A DNA stretch of 64,000 bases from Salpingoeca rosetta (Eukaryota; Protista; Choanoflagellata), in NCBI GenBank assembly GCA_033442325.1, contig JAWQFM010000004.1, forward strand, positions 1,170,693-1,234,692, written 5' to 3'. The notes below the pieces were generated by a model. The model was given only the letters and a program-made list of their open reading frames with translations. It was not told where the DNA came from and searched no databases. Shown one piece after another: positions 1-10,946 of the stretch. The translations under genes and the position numbers were made by a program. How positions within the stretch are numbered: the first letter of the stretch is position 1; every line of letters starts with the position of its first letter.

Positions 1-1
1 T

Positions 2-673
2 ATGCAGCACTTCGGCATGGACCATTGGAAGGCTGCCAAGCACCTTCTTCGCTACATCAAGGGCACCTTGTCCTACATCATCAAGTACGCCGCCACTGGC
101 GACACCAGCCACGGCAGCGCTGCCGACGGCGTGCTCTCAGCGTACTCGGATGCGTCCTTTGCCTCCGACGTTGACACGCGACGTTCCCGCACGGGCTTCG
201 TCGTCTTCTGTTCCACGGGCCCCGTGTCCTGGAACTCCAAGCTGCAGGCCACCGTGGCCACAGCCTCCGCCGACGCGGAGTACATGGCTCTCGCAGCCAC
301 CGCACAGGAACTCATGTTCCTTCGCCAACTCCAGGAGGAGCTCACCGGCGCCGTCCTGTGCGAGCCCACGCTCGTCCACACGGACAACCAGCCGGCGCAG
401 CGCGTTGCCGAACACGCCGCCTCACGCATGCGGCACATCCTCGTCAAGTACCACTACATCCGCGAGTGCGTTGACACCAAGAGGATTGTGCTGAGCTACC
501 TCGCCACGGAGCACATGATCGCAGATCTCCTCACGAAGATCCTCCCTCGGCCCAAGACGGCTCAGTTCTGCACGATGCTGTTCGACCAGCGTCCTCTGCC
601 AGGCTGCCAGCCACGGGCCCGTCCTCATTCGGGCCGGTCGCCACGTCCTTCGACTCCGCGTCAGGACCTCTGA
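2..673 (+). CDS. Copia pol C-terminus (RT end + RNase H), family A, 5'-partial
   Basis: HWKAAKHLLRYIKGT...YSDASFASDVDTRRSRTG...SWNSKLQATVA...ADLLTK. Confidence 0.93.
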   Translation: MQHFGMDHWKAAKHLLRYIKGTLSYIIKYAATGDTSHGSAADGVLSAYSDASFASDVDTRRSRTGFVVFCSTGPVSWNSKLQATVATASADAEYMALAATAQELMFLRQLQEELTGAVLCEPTLVHTDNQPAQRVAEHAASRMRHILVKYHYIRECVDTKRIVLSYLATEHMIADLLTKILPRPKTAQFCTMLFDQRPLPGCQPRARPHSGRSPRPSTPRQDL

Positions 674-896
674 GCGGCCGCGCACCACAGGACACGCCTT
701 CACTCGGGCCAGCCTTCCACAACAGGCTGCGCACCACAGGCACCAACCATTTTCTTAAACGTGTTTCACAACACACGTCCTTACTCATATCTCACCTACA
801 TCTGCCCATGCCATTCCTACATGCATGACATCATCCACATGCTCATCACGTTTTCAGAACATCAACGCAGCAGAGAGGTAGGTCAATGCGGGGGAG

Positions 897-1335
897 TGTT
901 GACAGGCAAGTCCTGTCTGCTGAGTCATCATTGACCTCCCTTCTTCACGACACCACAAATTTGCATTCACCTCTCTTGTGTTCTGGAATGTTCACGTGAT
1001 TTCCCTCCAACCTGTTGCACGTGCAGTGTTTACCTTGTGTGGTTGCTCGATGTTACATGCTCTTGCATAACACACCACATAACCACACAACTCTCAACAA
1101 ACACTGCCACGTCACCACTTTGCGTTGTCGACAATTCTTGTCTTCTGCTCTGTTTCTTTCTGTTGGAGTGTTCATTCATCCTACATCCTTGTTTGCTTCA
1201 CAACTCAAGTAAACACACACAACTTCCTCTTGCCAAGACAATCTCTCACACAACACACAGCACACACAGCACACACAGCACCCACACACACACACAAGTC
1301 TCCAACAACAGCACCACCACCATGAACTTACAACA
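897..1335 (+). repeat. 3' LTR of family A copy 1 (439 bp, TGTTG...CAACA)
   Basis: Terminal inverted repeat TGTTG/CAACA and an upstream PPT. It matches 4368-4797 and 9596-10027 apart from about 5 substitutions and repeat indels. Confidence 0.95.
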
Positions 1336-4300
1336 TCAACGCCGGCCAAGGATGGGCCCGGCTCAAGGACCACTACGCTTCGCAGGACCGCCTCCGCATC
1401 GCAGAGCTCAAGGAGGCGCAGCTTCACGTTCCCTGCGGCAACCTCGCCCGCTTCTTCGAGCGACACATGGAGCTGCAGCAGCAGTTGCAGGACGCAGGCG
1501 TGCGCCAGGACAACGAGGACCTCTTCACCATCGTCTGGAAGCAGCTGCCACGCTGGACAGCCCCGCTCACGCTTCCCTACTTTGCCAGTGGCCGCTTTCC
1601 CTCCCTCCTCGAGCTCAGCATCAGGCTGCAGCAGTTGGAGCAGCAGATGCGTGGTTCACGCACACAGCCGCAGGCAGGCGGCTTCATGGCAAGCGCACCG
1701 CCACGCAGAGGTGGAAGACGCGGCTTCTCCAACAACAGCAACAACCACGGACGCCAGGGACGCAACAACGGCGGCGGTAACGGCAACGGCAACGGCAAGG
1801 GGCGCCGCTTCCGTGGCAACTGTCACTACTGTGGCAAGTATGGACACCGTGCAGCAGAGTGTCGCAAGAAGCAACGCGACAACGGAGCAACAGGCTTCAC
1901 TGCACAGGCACAGCATCAACATGGTCAAGACGCAGCAACCTTCGTCGCTGCCACAGCTACTACACCCACGCAGCTGCATGACCCACTCACGTGGCTTGCA
2001 GACACGGGTGCTTCACACCACCTCACCTTCGTCAAGGACGCCTTCGTGGAGCTGTCACCGCACCTGCAACAGCACCATCCACGCCACATCACTGCGTTTG
2101 GCGGCACACGTGTGCCCGTGCGCGGTGTTGGCTCTGTGCTGTTGCATGCACGCACGACGAGCGGAGCTACGATGCAGATTGTGCTACAGGAGTGCCTCTA
2201 CGTGCCCGAGGGCCACGCCAACCTCATCGCCCTCGGTCGTCTGACTAGGGACAGCAGCGGCAGGCCAACGGGCCACTCGCAGCGTGATGGCGCTGATGGG
2301 CACTACGTGCGCTTCAGCCACGGAGCCGAGGTCAAGCTGAAGGAGCGCAGCAGCCTCCGATGCTGGCCCATTGTTGCTGTTGGTCCATCCACGGCACACG
2401 GACTCACCACCGATGCCTGCAAGCAACCACAGCAACACGCAGCAGCTCCTGCAGCCCAGAGCAAGGTGCAGACACCATCGATGCATGAGGTGCTTGGCCA
2501 CCGCAACGACAACGACGTGCAGCAGTACTGCAAGCTGATGGGCATCGACGATCGCAACGCCATCAGCAGCAAGCAGTGTACAACGTGCGCAGTGACCAAG
2601 AGCACTCGTCACAGCGTCAGCAAGCACGCGGAACGCACACAGGTGCCCGGCGAGCGCATCCACGCCGACATCNNNNNNNNNNNNNNNNNNNNNNNNNNNN
2701 NNNNNNNNNNNNNNNNNNNNNNNNNNNNNNNNNNNNNNNNNNNNNNNNNNNNNNNNNNNNNNNNNNNNNNNNAAGCTCCTGCATGCAGTCCATCTCAACG
2801 CCAAGAAGGACGCAGTTGCCGCGTTCCAGTCTTTCCTGCGCGAGACCAAGCTCCCCATCTCACCCACAACAACAGCACTCCAGACGGATTCCGATGCCAT
2901 CTTCCTCGGAGCTGACTTCCAGGCCATCGTCAAGAAGCACCTGAAGCAGCACCAGCAGTCCCCGCCGTACACCCAGGCGCAGAACGGCATCGTCGAGCGA
3001 CAGGTGCGCACCCTCTCCAACAACAGCACCACCACCATGAACTTACAACACTTGACGCATCGTACTGGAGCCTCGCCTGCAACCACGCCCTCCACATCCT
3101 CAACAACATGCCTCGCCCTTCCCTCCACGGCAAGACACCGCTACAAATTGTCACGGGCTCGCTGCCCAAGCACGTGCCACAGCTGCACGTCTTCGGGCAG
3201 CCGGCCGTCGTCCACATCAGCACACAGCGCGGACGCCTGCAGCCCAAGGGTCGTCGAGGCATCTACGTCGGCTACAACAGCAGCAGCAACAGCCACCTCG
3301 TCTACTTCGCAGACACAAACACCGTTGTGTCCTCCATCCACGTCCGCTTCCTTCCCTTCTCCAAGGCCGATGATGTCGTGGATGAGGGGGAGGAGCAAGT
3401 GCAGACATCCACAACATCGTCCATGCTCCAGCTTCCCAGTGCACGTGACAGCAGCAACAGCACCACTGACGGTGAGCCACCAACGGTTCACATCGACGAG
3501 GAGCAGGACGAGGATGTCGAGACAGACTTCCTGCTCACGGACTTTGACACCAACAGCAGCAGCGACACCAACGACGCCAACTACGACCCCGACACAACAG
3601 ATGCAAGCGACACCGAGGCAGGCGCGTTCACAGCAAGCAGCAGCGACCACACCAGCCTCACGGAGCCTGCAAGCATCAAGCAGGCACTTAAGAGCCAGCA
3701 ACGCAAGCAGTGGACTCAGGCATGCTTGGAGGAGATCGGAGCGATGGAGCGCAACGGCGTCATCAAGCTCATCCCACGCAGCGCCGTGCCACGGCAGCAC
3801 ACGCCTCTCAAGTCGCGCTTCATCTTCAAGGTGAAGCGTGACGCTGAGGGCGCGCCGACGCGCTTCAAGGCACGCTGGGTCGCCAAGGGCTTCAGCCAGC
3901 GACCGGGCATCGACTTCCACCAGACCTACGCCCCAACACCAACAGCCAAGACCATCCTCACTGTGCTCGCCGTCTCCCTGCAACGACAGCACCAGCTGCA
4001 CCAGCTCGACTTCAAGTCGGCTTACCTGCAGGCTGATCTCAAGGAGGAGCTGTACATGGAGCTGCCGCCGCACTTCACCGACATCGGCGACGGCGCTCAA
4101 CGCTACGCGGGCAAGGTGTGCCGGCTGCTCAAGCCGCTCTACGGTCTCAAGCAAGCTGGCCGTGCATGGGCCAAGAAGCTGCACACCTTAATCAAGACCA
4201 ACGGATGGGCGCAAAGCAACGTCGACGCTTGCCTCTTCACCAAGCTCCACGACGACGGACAGCGCACATGGATCATCACGTACGTCGACGACCTCATCAT

Positions 4301-4367
4301 CAGCGGCAGCAGCGAGCGCCACATCCGTGCCTGCAAGCAGCAGATCAAGGAGAGCTTCGAGGCTGAG
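1336..4367 (+). pseudogene. Disrupted gag-PR-IN-RT part of the family B polyprotein
   Basis: ORFs 1467-2915 and 3108-4373. The frame is broken by a 37-bp LTR-A fragment at 3014-3050 and by the A insertion at 4368. Assembly gap at 2673-2772. Confidence 0.85.
3014..3050 (+). repeat. 37-bp 3'-terminal fragment of the family A LTR embedded in family B integrase
   Basis: TCTCCAACAACAGCACCACCACCATGAACTTACAACA is identical to the last 37 nt of LTR-A. Confidence 0.9.
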
Positions 4368-4797
4368 TGTTGACAGGCAAGTCCTGTCTGCTGAGTCATC
4401 ATTGACCTCCCTTCTTCACGACACCACAAATTTGCATTCACCTCTCTTGTGTTCTGGAATGTTCACGTGATTTCCCTCCAACCTGTTGCACGTGCAGTGT
4501 TTAGCTTGTGTGGTTGCTCGATGTTACATGTTCTTGCATAACACACCACATAACCACACAACTCTCAACAAACACTGCCACGTCACCACTTTGCGTTGTG
4601 GACAATTCTTGTCTTCTGCCCTGTTTCTTTCTGTTGGAGTGTTCATTCATCCTACATCCTTGTTTGCTTCACAACTCAAGTAAACACACACAACTTCCTC
4701 TTGCCAAGACAATCTCCCACACAACACACAGCACACTCTGCACACACACACACACACAAGTCTCCAACAACAGCACCACCACCATGAACTTACAACA
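4368..4797 (+). repeat. 5' LTR of family A copy 2 (430 bp)
   Basis: TGTTG...CAACA. By eye it is identical to the 3' LTR except for one CA unit. Confidence 0.96.
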
Positions 4798-4812
4798 GAT
4801 TATGAGACCCAG
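4798..4812 (+). promoter_or_regulatory. Primer-binding site complementary to an internal tRNA-Met anticodon arm (half-tRNA priming)
   Basis: GATTATGAGACCCAG directly follows the LTR. Its reverse complement CTGGGTCTCATAATC contains the CTCATAA anticodon loop. Confidence 0.7.
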
Positions 4813-7800
4813 TTCAATTAGCGCAGACGGCATCAAGGTCTTCGCTGGCGCTGAGCAGGATGCCAACCTCTTCTTCATCACCGTCGAGGCCAAGCTCATC
4901 GCCGCTGGCATCGACGCTGGCATCATCGCCGAGGGTGGTGCTGACCACCAAGGAGACGGGCAGGCTCCAGCAGCTGCCTCATCGCCGAGCCCAAGCACCC
5001 ACGGTGCTTCGGGTCCCCGCACTCGCTCCCGCGCTCAACGCGGCCCTCGCCGCACTGGCGCCCGCCACGACGTGGCGGACCATGATGACGACGATGACGA
5101 GGGCGATGGCGACGACCACGGCGCTCAGCCATCTTCCTCCTCTTCCTCTCTCCATTCTTCGGCCACTCCGAGCGGAGGAGCGCAGGTGGCGTCCCGAGCC
5201 TCTGGCCTGCTGGATCCCCGTGATCCACAGGTTGACGCAGCCATCTTCGCGTTCCTCCTTGGCGTCCTGACGGGACACCCGCTGCGGCTGGCCATCACCG
5301 ACAACCGTGGCCGCTCCGGTGTGCTTGCGCTGCGCCGCCTCCGCGAGCGCTACATCCGCAGCGGCAAGGACCACGTGAGTCGCCTCAGGCAGCAGCTCTC
5401 TTCGACCACCTGGTTGCCCACGGACACCGTCGACACGTTCATGTCCCGCATCACGGACATCAACTCGCAGCTCCTCGCTGCCGGCGTGTCCATCCCGGAG
5501 GACGACCTGCGCACCCTCGTCCGCAACGAACTCCCCGCAGAGTTTGATGTGGCGATGCGGTTCATGGAGCGCGAGGACCCGCCGCCATCGCTGTCCAAGA
5601 TGACGGCGGACCTCATCCAGGAAGAGCGCCGCCTGCATCGTCCAAAGAAGCGCACGCCCGTGCTCGCCATCGGCGGGCCAAGCCCCGGCTCCTTCGCTGC
5701 ATCGCCGATGCACGCTGGCACGTCGCCCTCCGACACGAGCGGTGGACCATGCTGTCCACCTGCAGAGCGCGTGACTTGCGCGTTCTGCAACTTCCGCGGC
5801 CACTGCGCGCAGCAGTGCCGCAAGCTGCAGGCGGCCAAGCGCTACCACGTCATCGACTTGCGGCAGATCCTGGCTACGCTTCGCAACCACGGCAACGGCA
5901 ACGGCAAGCGGCCAGGATCCTCTCGCCCACAGCACGGACGAGCAGCTCTATTCAAGAAGGCGGCCGTCGTCAGCCACGGCCCTCAGCGCGTGGAGACCTT
6001 CGCCATCCACCACGATGCCCTCATGCTGCAGCCCGAGGGCGAGGAGGAGGNNNNNNNNNNNNNNNNNNNNNNNNNNNNNNNNNNNNNNNNNNNNNNNNNN
6101 NNNNNNNNNNNNNNNNNNNNNNNNNNNNNNNNNNNNNNNNNNNNNNNNNNNNNNNNNNNNNNNNNNNNNNNNNNNNNNNNNNNNNNNNNNNNNNNNNNNN
6201 NNNNNNNNNNNNNNNNNNNNNNNNNNNNNNNNNNNNNNNNNNNNNNNNNNNNNNNNNNNNNNNNNNNNNNNNNNNNNNNNNNNNNNNNNNNNNNNNNNNN
6301 NNNNNNNNNNNNNNNNNNNNNNNNNNNNNNNNNNNNNNNNNNNNNNNNNNNNNNNNNNNNNNNNNNNNNNNNNNNNNNNNNNNNNNNNNNNNNNNNNNNN
6401 NNNNNNNNNNNNNNNNNNNNNNNNNNNNNNNNNNNNNNNNNNNNNNNNNNNNNNNNNNNNNNNNNNNNNNNNNNNNNNNNNNNNNNNNNNNNNNNNNNNN
6501 NNNNNNNNNNNNNNNNNNNNNNNNNNNNNNNNNNNNNNNNNNNNNNNNNNNNNNNNNNNNNNNNNNNNNNNNNNNNNNNNNNNNNNNNNNNNNNNNNNNN
6601 NNNNNNNCAAGCACATCGTCACCTGTGGACCATGTGCGCTTGGCAAGAGCACGCGCGCCTCCATCACGAAGCAGTTGCTCCACGCAGCGCTGGGCCATGC
6701 CAGCTGCTCTACGCCGACATCGCCGGTCCGCTGGAGGAGACGTCGCTGCGAGGTGCACGCTACGCGCTGACCTTCATCGACGACTGCACGCGTTTCGCCT
6801 GGACGTTCCTCATCCGGCACAAGAACGACGTCGGCGCGGCCCTGGAGCAGCTGCGCAAGGACCGCCACGTCGTCAACGCACTCCGAGGCGCCACGCTGCA
6901 GACGGACAGCGACGCCGTCTTCAAGAGCCAGGACTTCACCGACCTGTGCCTGGCCTTCGACATCAAGCAGCGCTTCTCGCCACCGCACTCGCAGGCCAAG
7001 AACGGATCCGCAGAGCGCACTTTCCGCACCCTCTTCGAGACGGCGCGTACGATGCTGTTTGCTGCGGACCTGGACAAGCCGTTCTGGGGCTTCGCCGTGC
7101 AGCACGCCACGCTGCTGCACAACATCGCGCCACGCAGGAGCCTCAAGGACAAGTCACCCTTCGAGGCCCTGACTGGGCACGCCTTCGACGTCAGCCTGCT
7201 GCGCGTCTTCGGCTCGCCGGCCTACGTGCATGTGGAGAAGAGCAGCACGCGGCACAAGCTTGACCCACGCTCACGCGTTGGCGTCTACGTCGGCTTCGCC
7301 GAGGAGGACCAGGCCCACGTCGTCTGGATGCCGGACACGCGACGCGTTGTCCACACCATCCACGCTCGCTTCGGCGCCATCAAGAACAAGGACGCCGCCT
7401 CCTCTCAGCAGCAGCAAGAGCAGGACGACAGCGGTGCCTCTGCTTCGCATGCCAACAAGACCGCTCAGCGTTCAACCGAGGACAGTGCCACTGGCGCTCC
7501 CACTGCACCACGTGCGGGGGAGCCGCAGCTCCAGCCACGCGCCCTTGGCGGCTCCGTCTGGGATCAGCTGCTGTTGTCCGAGACCCTCGGCGACAAGGAC
7601 ACCTCTGGTGGCTCAACCACCACGTGTCACGTTGCCACCAGCGCTGCTGGTACGGGGGAGAAGACATCAGCAGTGGGTGGTCATCTACCAGACATCGCTG
7701 CTGGCAGTGTTGCCACGTCAGCTGAGCCAGCCACCGTCAAGGAGGCGCTTGCCTCGCCAGACTCCGAGGAGTGGCGCCAAGCCATCCTGGACGAGTTTGC

Positions 7801-9373
7801 GGCAATGCAGGCCAATGACGTCTACGACGTCGTGCCTCGCGCTGACCTTCCCAAGGGCCACAAGCTGCTCCGCAGCATGGTCATCTTTCGGAGGAAGCGC
7901 GATGACCAGGGCAAGGTGATCAAGTACAAGGCGCGCTGGGTTGCCAAGGGCTACTCCCAGGTCCACGGTGTCAACTACACGGACACCTTTGCCCCGACGG
8001 CTACCATCGCAGCCATCCGCACCATGCTCGCCATGGCCGTCGCGCGTGGCATGGACATCCAGCAGATGGACGTCAACACGGCGTTCCTCAACGCGCCCGT
8101 GGATCACGAGATCTACGTCCAGCCACCGGCCGTCGACGGCATCTTCTCGCCGAATACGGTGCTGCGCCTCAAGCGTGGGCTGTATGGGCTGAAGCAGAGC
8201 CCGCGCCTGTGGAACCACACGCTGGACGCCTGGATGCGCGAGCAGGACTTCGTCGCCACAGCCACGGACGCCTGCATCTACCGCCGCACCTGCAAGGGTG
8301 GCAAGGTGATGTGGGTTGCCGTCTACGTGGACGACCTGCTCATCTTCGCCGACAGCGACAGCGACATGGCCGCGTTCAAGAACTCCATCTCCAAGCGCTT
8401 CAAGATGAAGGACCTGGGCAGCCCAGACATTTGTCTCGGCATCAAGGTGCAGCACGACCGCAAGGCCAGGACCGTCACCATGAGCCAGGAGCACTACCTG
8501 CGCAGCGTGCTGGAGACCTTCGGCATGGCTGACTGCAAGCCTGTCGGCACGCCGCTCTGCACGGGCTACGTCGACAAGCCAGCCGACAAGGAGGAGCCAC
8601 TCCCGGATGTGCCGTTCCGCGAGCTGCTTGGCTCCCTCCTCTATGCTGCGACGATGACGCGCCCAGACATCTCGGCGGCTGTCTCCATCCTCTCTCGCCG
8701 TATGCAGCACTTCGGCATGGACCATTGGAAGGCTGCCAAGCACCTTCTTCGCTACATCAAGGGCACCTTGTCCTACACCATCAAGTACGCCGCCACTGGC
8801 GACACCAGCAACGGCAGCACTGCCGACGGCGTGCTCTCAGCGTACTCGGATGCGTCGTTCGCCTCCGACGTTGACACGCGACGTTCCCGCACGGGCTTCG
8901 TCGTCTTCTGTTCCACGGGCCCCGTGTCCTGGAACTCCAAACTGCAGGCCACCGTGGCCACAGCCTCCGCCGACGCGGAGTACATGGCTCTCGCAGCCAC
9001 CGCACAGGAACTCATGTTCCTTCGCCAACTCCAGGAGGAGCTCACCGGCGCCGCCCTGTGCGAGCCCACGCTCGTCCACACGGACAACCAGCCGGCGCAG
9101 CGCGTTGCCGAACACGCCGCCTCGCGTATGCGGCACATCCTCGTCAAGTACCACTACATCCGCGAGTGCGTCGACACCAAGAGGATTGTGCTGAGCTACC
9201 TCGCCACGGAGCACATGATCGCAGATCTCCTCACGAAGATCCTCCCTCGGCCCAAGACGGCTCAGTTCTGCACGATGCTGTTCGACCAGCGTCCTCTGCC
9301 AGGCTGCCAGCCACGGGCCCGTCCTCATTCGGGCCGGTCGCCACGTCCTTCGACTCCGCGTCAGGACCTCTGA
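4802..9373 (+). CDS. Copia Gag-Pol polyprotein, family A (Gag, CCHC knuckle, [protease presumably in the gap], integrase, RT, RNase H)
   Basis: CAFCNFRGHCAQQC; integrase FIDDCTRF / QTDSD / NGSAER; RT KARWVAKGYSQ, YGLKQSPR, YVDDLL; RNase H. Gap at 6051-6607 and an apparent 1-nt frameshift near 6670 beside it. Confidence 0.93.
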   Translation: MRPSSISADGIKVFAGAEQDANLFFITVEAKLIAAGIDAGIIAEGGADHQGDGQAPAAASSPSPSTHGASGPRTRSRAQRGPRRTGARHDVADHDDDDDEGDGDDHGAQPSSSSSSLHSSATPSGGAQVASRASGLLDPRDPQVDAAIFAFLLGVLTGHPLRLAITDNRGRSGVLALRRLRERYIRSGKDHVSRLRQQLSSTTWLPTDTVDTFMSRITDINSQLLAAGVSIPEDDLRTLVRNELPAEFDVAMRFMEREDPPPSLSKMTADLIQEERRLHRPKKRTPVLAIGGPSPGSFAASPMHAGTSPSDTSGGPCCPPAERVTCAFCNFRGHCAQQCRKLQAAKRYHVIDLRQILATLRNHGNGNGKRPGSSRPQHGRAALFKKAAVVSHGPQRVETFAIHHDALMLQPEGEEEXXXXXXXXXXXXXXXXXXXXXXXXXXXXXXXXXXXXXXXXXXXXXXXXXXXXXXXXXXXXXXXXXXXXXXXXXXXXXXXXXXXXXXXXXXXXXXXXXXXXXXXXXXXXXXXXXXXXXXXXXXXXXXXXXXXXXXXXXXXXXXXXXXXXXXXXXXXXXXXXXXXXXXXXXXXXXXXXXXXXXXXXXXQAHRHLWTMCAWQEHARLHHEAVAPRSAGPCQLLYADIAGPLEETSLRGARYALTFIDDCTRFAWTFLIRHKNDVGAALEQLRKDRHVVNALRGATLQTDSDAVFKSQDFTDLCLAFDIKQRFSPPHSQAKNGSAERTFRTLFETARTMLFAADLDKPFWGFAVQHATLLHNIAPRRSLKDKSPFEALTGHAFDVSLLRVFGSPAYVHVEKSSTRHKLDPRSRVGVYVGFAEEDQAHVVWMPDTRRVVHTIHARFGAIKNKDAASSQQQQEQDDSGASASHANKTAQRSTEDSATGAPTAPRAGEPQLQPRALGGSVWDQLLLSETLGDKDTSGGSTTTCHVATSAAGTGEKTSAVGGHLPDIAAGSVATSAEPATVKEALASPDSEEWRQAILDEFAAMQANDVYDVVPRADLPKGHKLLRSMVIFRRKRDDQGKVIKYKARWVAKGYSQVHGVNYTDTFAPTATIAAIRTMLAMAVARGMDIQQMDVNTAFLNAPVDHEIYVQPPAVDGIFSPNTVLRLKRGLYGLKQSPRLWNHTLDAWMREQDFVATATDACIYRRTCKGGKVMWVAVYVDDLLIFADSDSDMAAFKNSISKRFKMKDLGSPDICLGIKVQHDRKARTVTMSQEHYLRSVLETFGMADCKPVGTPLCTGYVDKPADKEEPLPDVPFRELLGSLLYAATMTRPDISAAVSILSRRMQHFGMDHWKAAKHLLRYIKGTLSYTIKYAATGDTSNGSTADGVLSAYSDASFASDVDTRRSRTGFVVFCSTGPVSWNSKLQATVATASADAEYMALAATAQELMFLRQLQEELTGAALCEPTLVHTDNQPAQRVAEHAASRMRHILVKYHYIRECVDTKRIVLSYLATEHMIADLLTKILPRPKTAQFCTMLFDQRPLPGCQPRARPHSGRSPRPSTPRQDL

Positions 9374-9595
9374 GCGGCCGCGCACCACAGGACACGCCTT
9401 CACTCGGGCCAGCCTTCCACAACAGGCTGCGCACCACAGGCACCAACCATTTTCTTAAACGTGTTCCACAACACACGTCCTTACTCACATCTCACCTACA
9501 TCTGCCCATGCCATTCCTACATGCATGACATCATCCACATGCTCATCACGTTTCAGAACATCAACGCAGCAGAGAGGTAGGTCAATGCGGGGGAG

Positions 9596-10027
9596 TGTTG
9601 ACAGGCAAGTCCTGTCTGCTGAGTCATCATTGACCTCCCTTCTTCACGACACCACAAATTTGCATTCACCTCTCTTGTGTTCTGGAATGTTCACGTGATT
9701 TCCCTCCAACCTGTTGCACGTGCAGTGTTTAGCTTGTGTGGTTGCTCGATGTTACATGTTCTTGCATAACACACCACATAACCACACAACTCTCAACAAA
9801 CACTGCCACGTCACCACTTTGCGTTGTGGACAATTCTTGTCTTCTGCCCTGTTTCTTTCTGTTGGAGTGTTCATTCATCCTACATCCTTGTTTGCTTCAC
9901 AACTCAAGTAAACACACACAACTTCCTCTTGCCAAGACAATCTCCCACACAACACACAGCACACTCTGCACACACACACACACACACAAGTCTCCAACAA
10001 CAGCACCACCACCATGAACTTACAACA
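9596..10027 (+). repeat. 3' LTR of family A copy 2 (432 bp)
   Basis: Follows PPT GCGGGGGAG and ends CAACA before TSD CTGAG. Confidence 0.96.
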
Positions 10028-10920
10028 CTGAGGACCTGGGCCCGCTCACCTGGTACCTGGGCCTTCACCTGACGTCACCAGCTGACGGGGTGTTGCACAT
10101 TGCGCAGACACAGGCCATCAACGACATCATCAACGACTACAACCTGGCAGCGGCAGCCAGCGTGTCCACGCCCATGCGTGTTGGCATCGACGCCTCCAGC
10201 ATCAGCGAGCAGCCCGACCGACGCCTGCCTTTCCGCAACCTCGTCGGCTCGCTCCTGTACCTGGCCAACCGCACGAGACCAGACGTCAGCTTCGCGTGCG
10301 GGCTGCTCTGCCGTTACATGGACCGTTACACGACGGTCCACTGGCAGGCAGCCAAGCACGTCGTGCGGTACCTGAAGGCGACGAGCGAGCACGGCCTCCT
10401 CTTCAAGCGACGCAGCGGCACGCGCAAGGACCAGCCGCTGGACCTTGTGTGCTACAGCGATGCCAGCTTCGGCACAGACCAGCTGACGGGCCGCTCCACG
10501 ACGGGCTTTACCTGCTACATCAACGGCTGTCTTGTGTCTTGGAGCAGCCGGCTGCAACCCACGGTTGCGCTGAGCACCGCCGAGGCCGAGTACATGGCCA
10601 TCTCCGCTGCAGCGCAGGACGTTGTCTTCCTGCGGCAGCTGCTCATGGACCTCGACGAGCCCGAGGCTGGAGCCACCAAGATGCTGACAGATAACCAGGC
10701 GGCCATCGCCATCGGCAACGACCACGTCACCAAGCCGCGCACGAAGCACATCCCGGGTACGCCACCACTTCGTGCGGAGCTCATCGCCGACGGAACCATT
10801 GTGCTGCAGCACTGTCCCGGGCACGCAGATGGTTGCCGACGCGCTGACCAAGGCACTGGACAAGCACACCTTTCGAGCAGCACCTGCCACGACTGGTGGG
10901 AACCTCGGCGGCTGAGACGG
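10028..10920 (+). pseudogene. Family B RT C-terminus + RNase H, with frameshifts near 10750-10890
   Basis: LVGSLLYLANRTRPD, YSDASFG, SWSSRLQPTVALSTAEAEY, TDNQAA, RTKHI. The downstream motifs VRHHFVR and ADALTK lie in shifted frames. Confidence 0.85.
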
Positions 10921-10946
10921 AGCAGAGGAAGGCAGTTGAGGGGGAG

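Larger units (their letters stand above)
1..1335 (+). mobile_element. Ty1/copia LTR retrotransposon family A, copy 1 (3' part only: end of RT/RNase H, 3' UTR, PPT, 3' LTR)
   Basis: ORF 2-673 has the copia RNase H motifs YSDASFA, ADAEY, TDNQ and ADLLTK and is near-identical to 8702-9373. PPT GCGGGGGAG at 888-896 is followed by an LTR at 897-1335. Confidence 0.95.
4368..10027 (+). mobile_element. Full-length Ty1/copia family A, copy 2, with 5-bp TSD CTGAG (4363-4367, 10028-10032)
   Basis: Two LTRs, PBS, single gag-pol ORF and PPT 9587-9595. Removing the element and one TSD restores B RT (...KESFEAEDLGPLTWYLG). Confidence 0.97.

Noticed and set aside
4508-4801. N-terminal 98 aa of the 1621-aa ORF (and similar ORFs at 1037 and 9736)
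   Set aside because: These lie inside the LTR and start at a non-ATG codon. The real start is likely 4802 (or 4784). Frame continuity across the N gap is coincidental.
3141-8743. Long antisense ORFs over the retrotransposon pol genes (e.g. 3141-4184, 4979-5935, 7718-8743)
   Set aside because: Shadow ORFs caused by high-GC3 codon bias, with no recognisable motifs.
9374-9595. Possible env-like or extra ORF or chromodomain after family A pol
   Set aside because: Only about 220 bp of 3' UTR, with no TM or chromodomain pattern.
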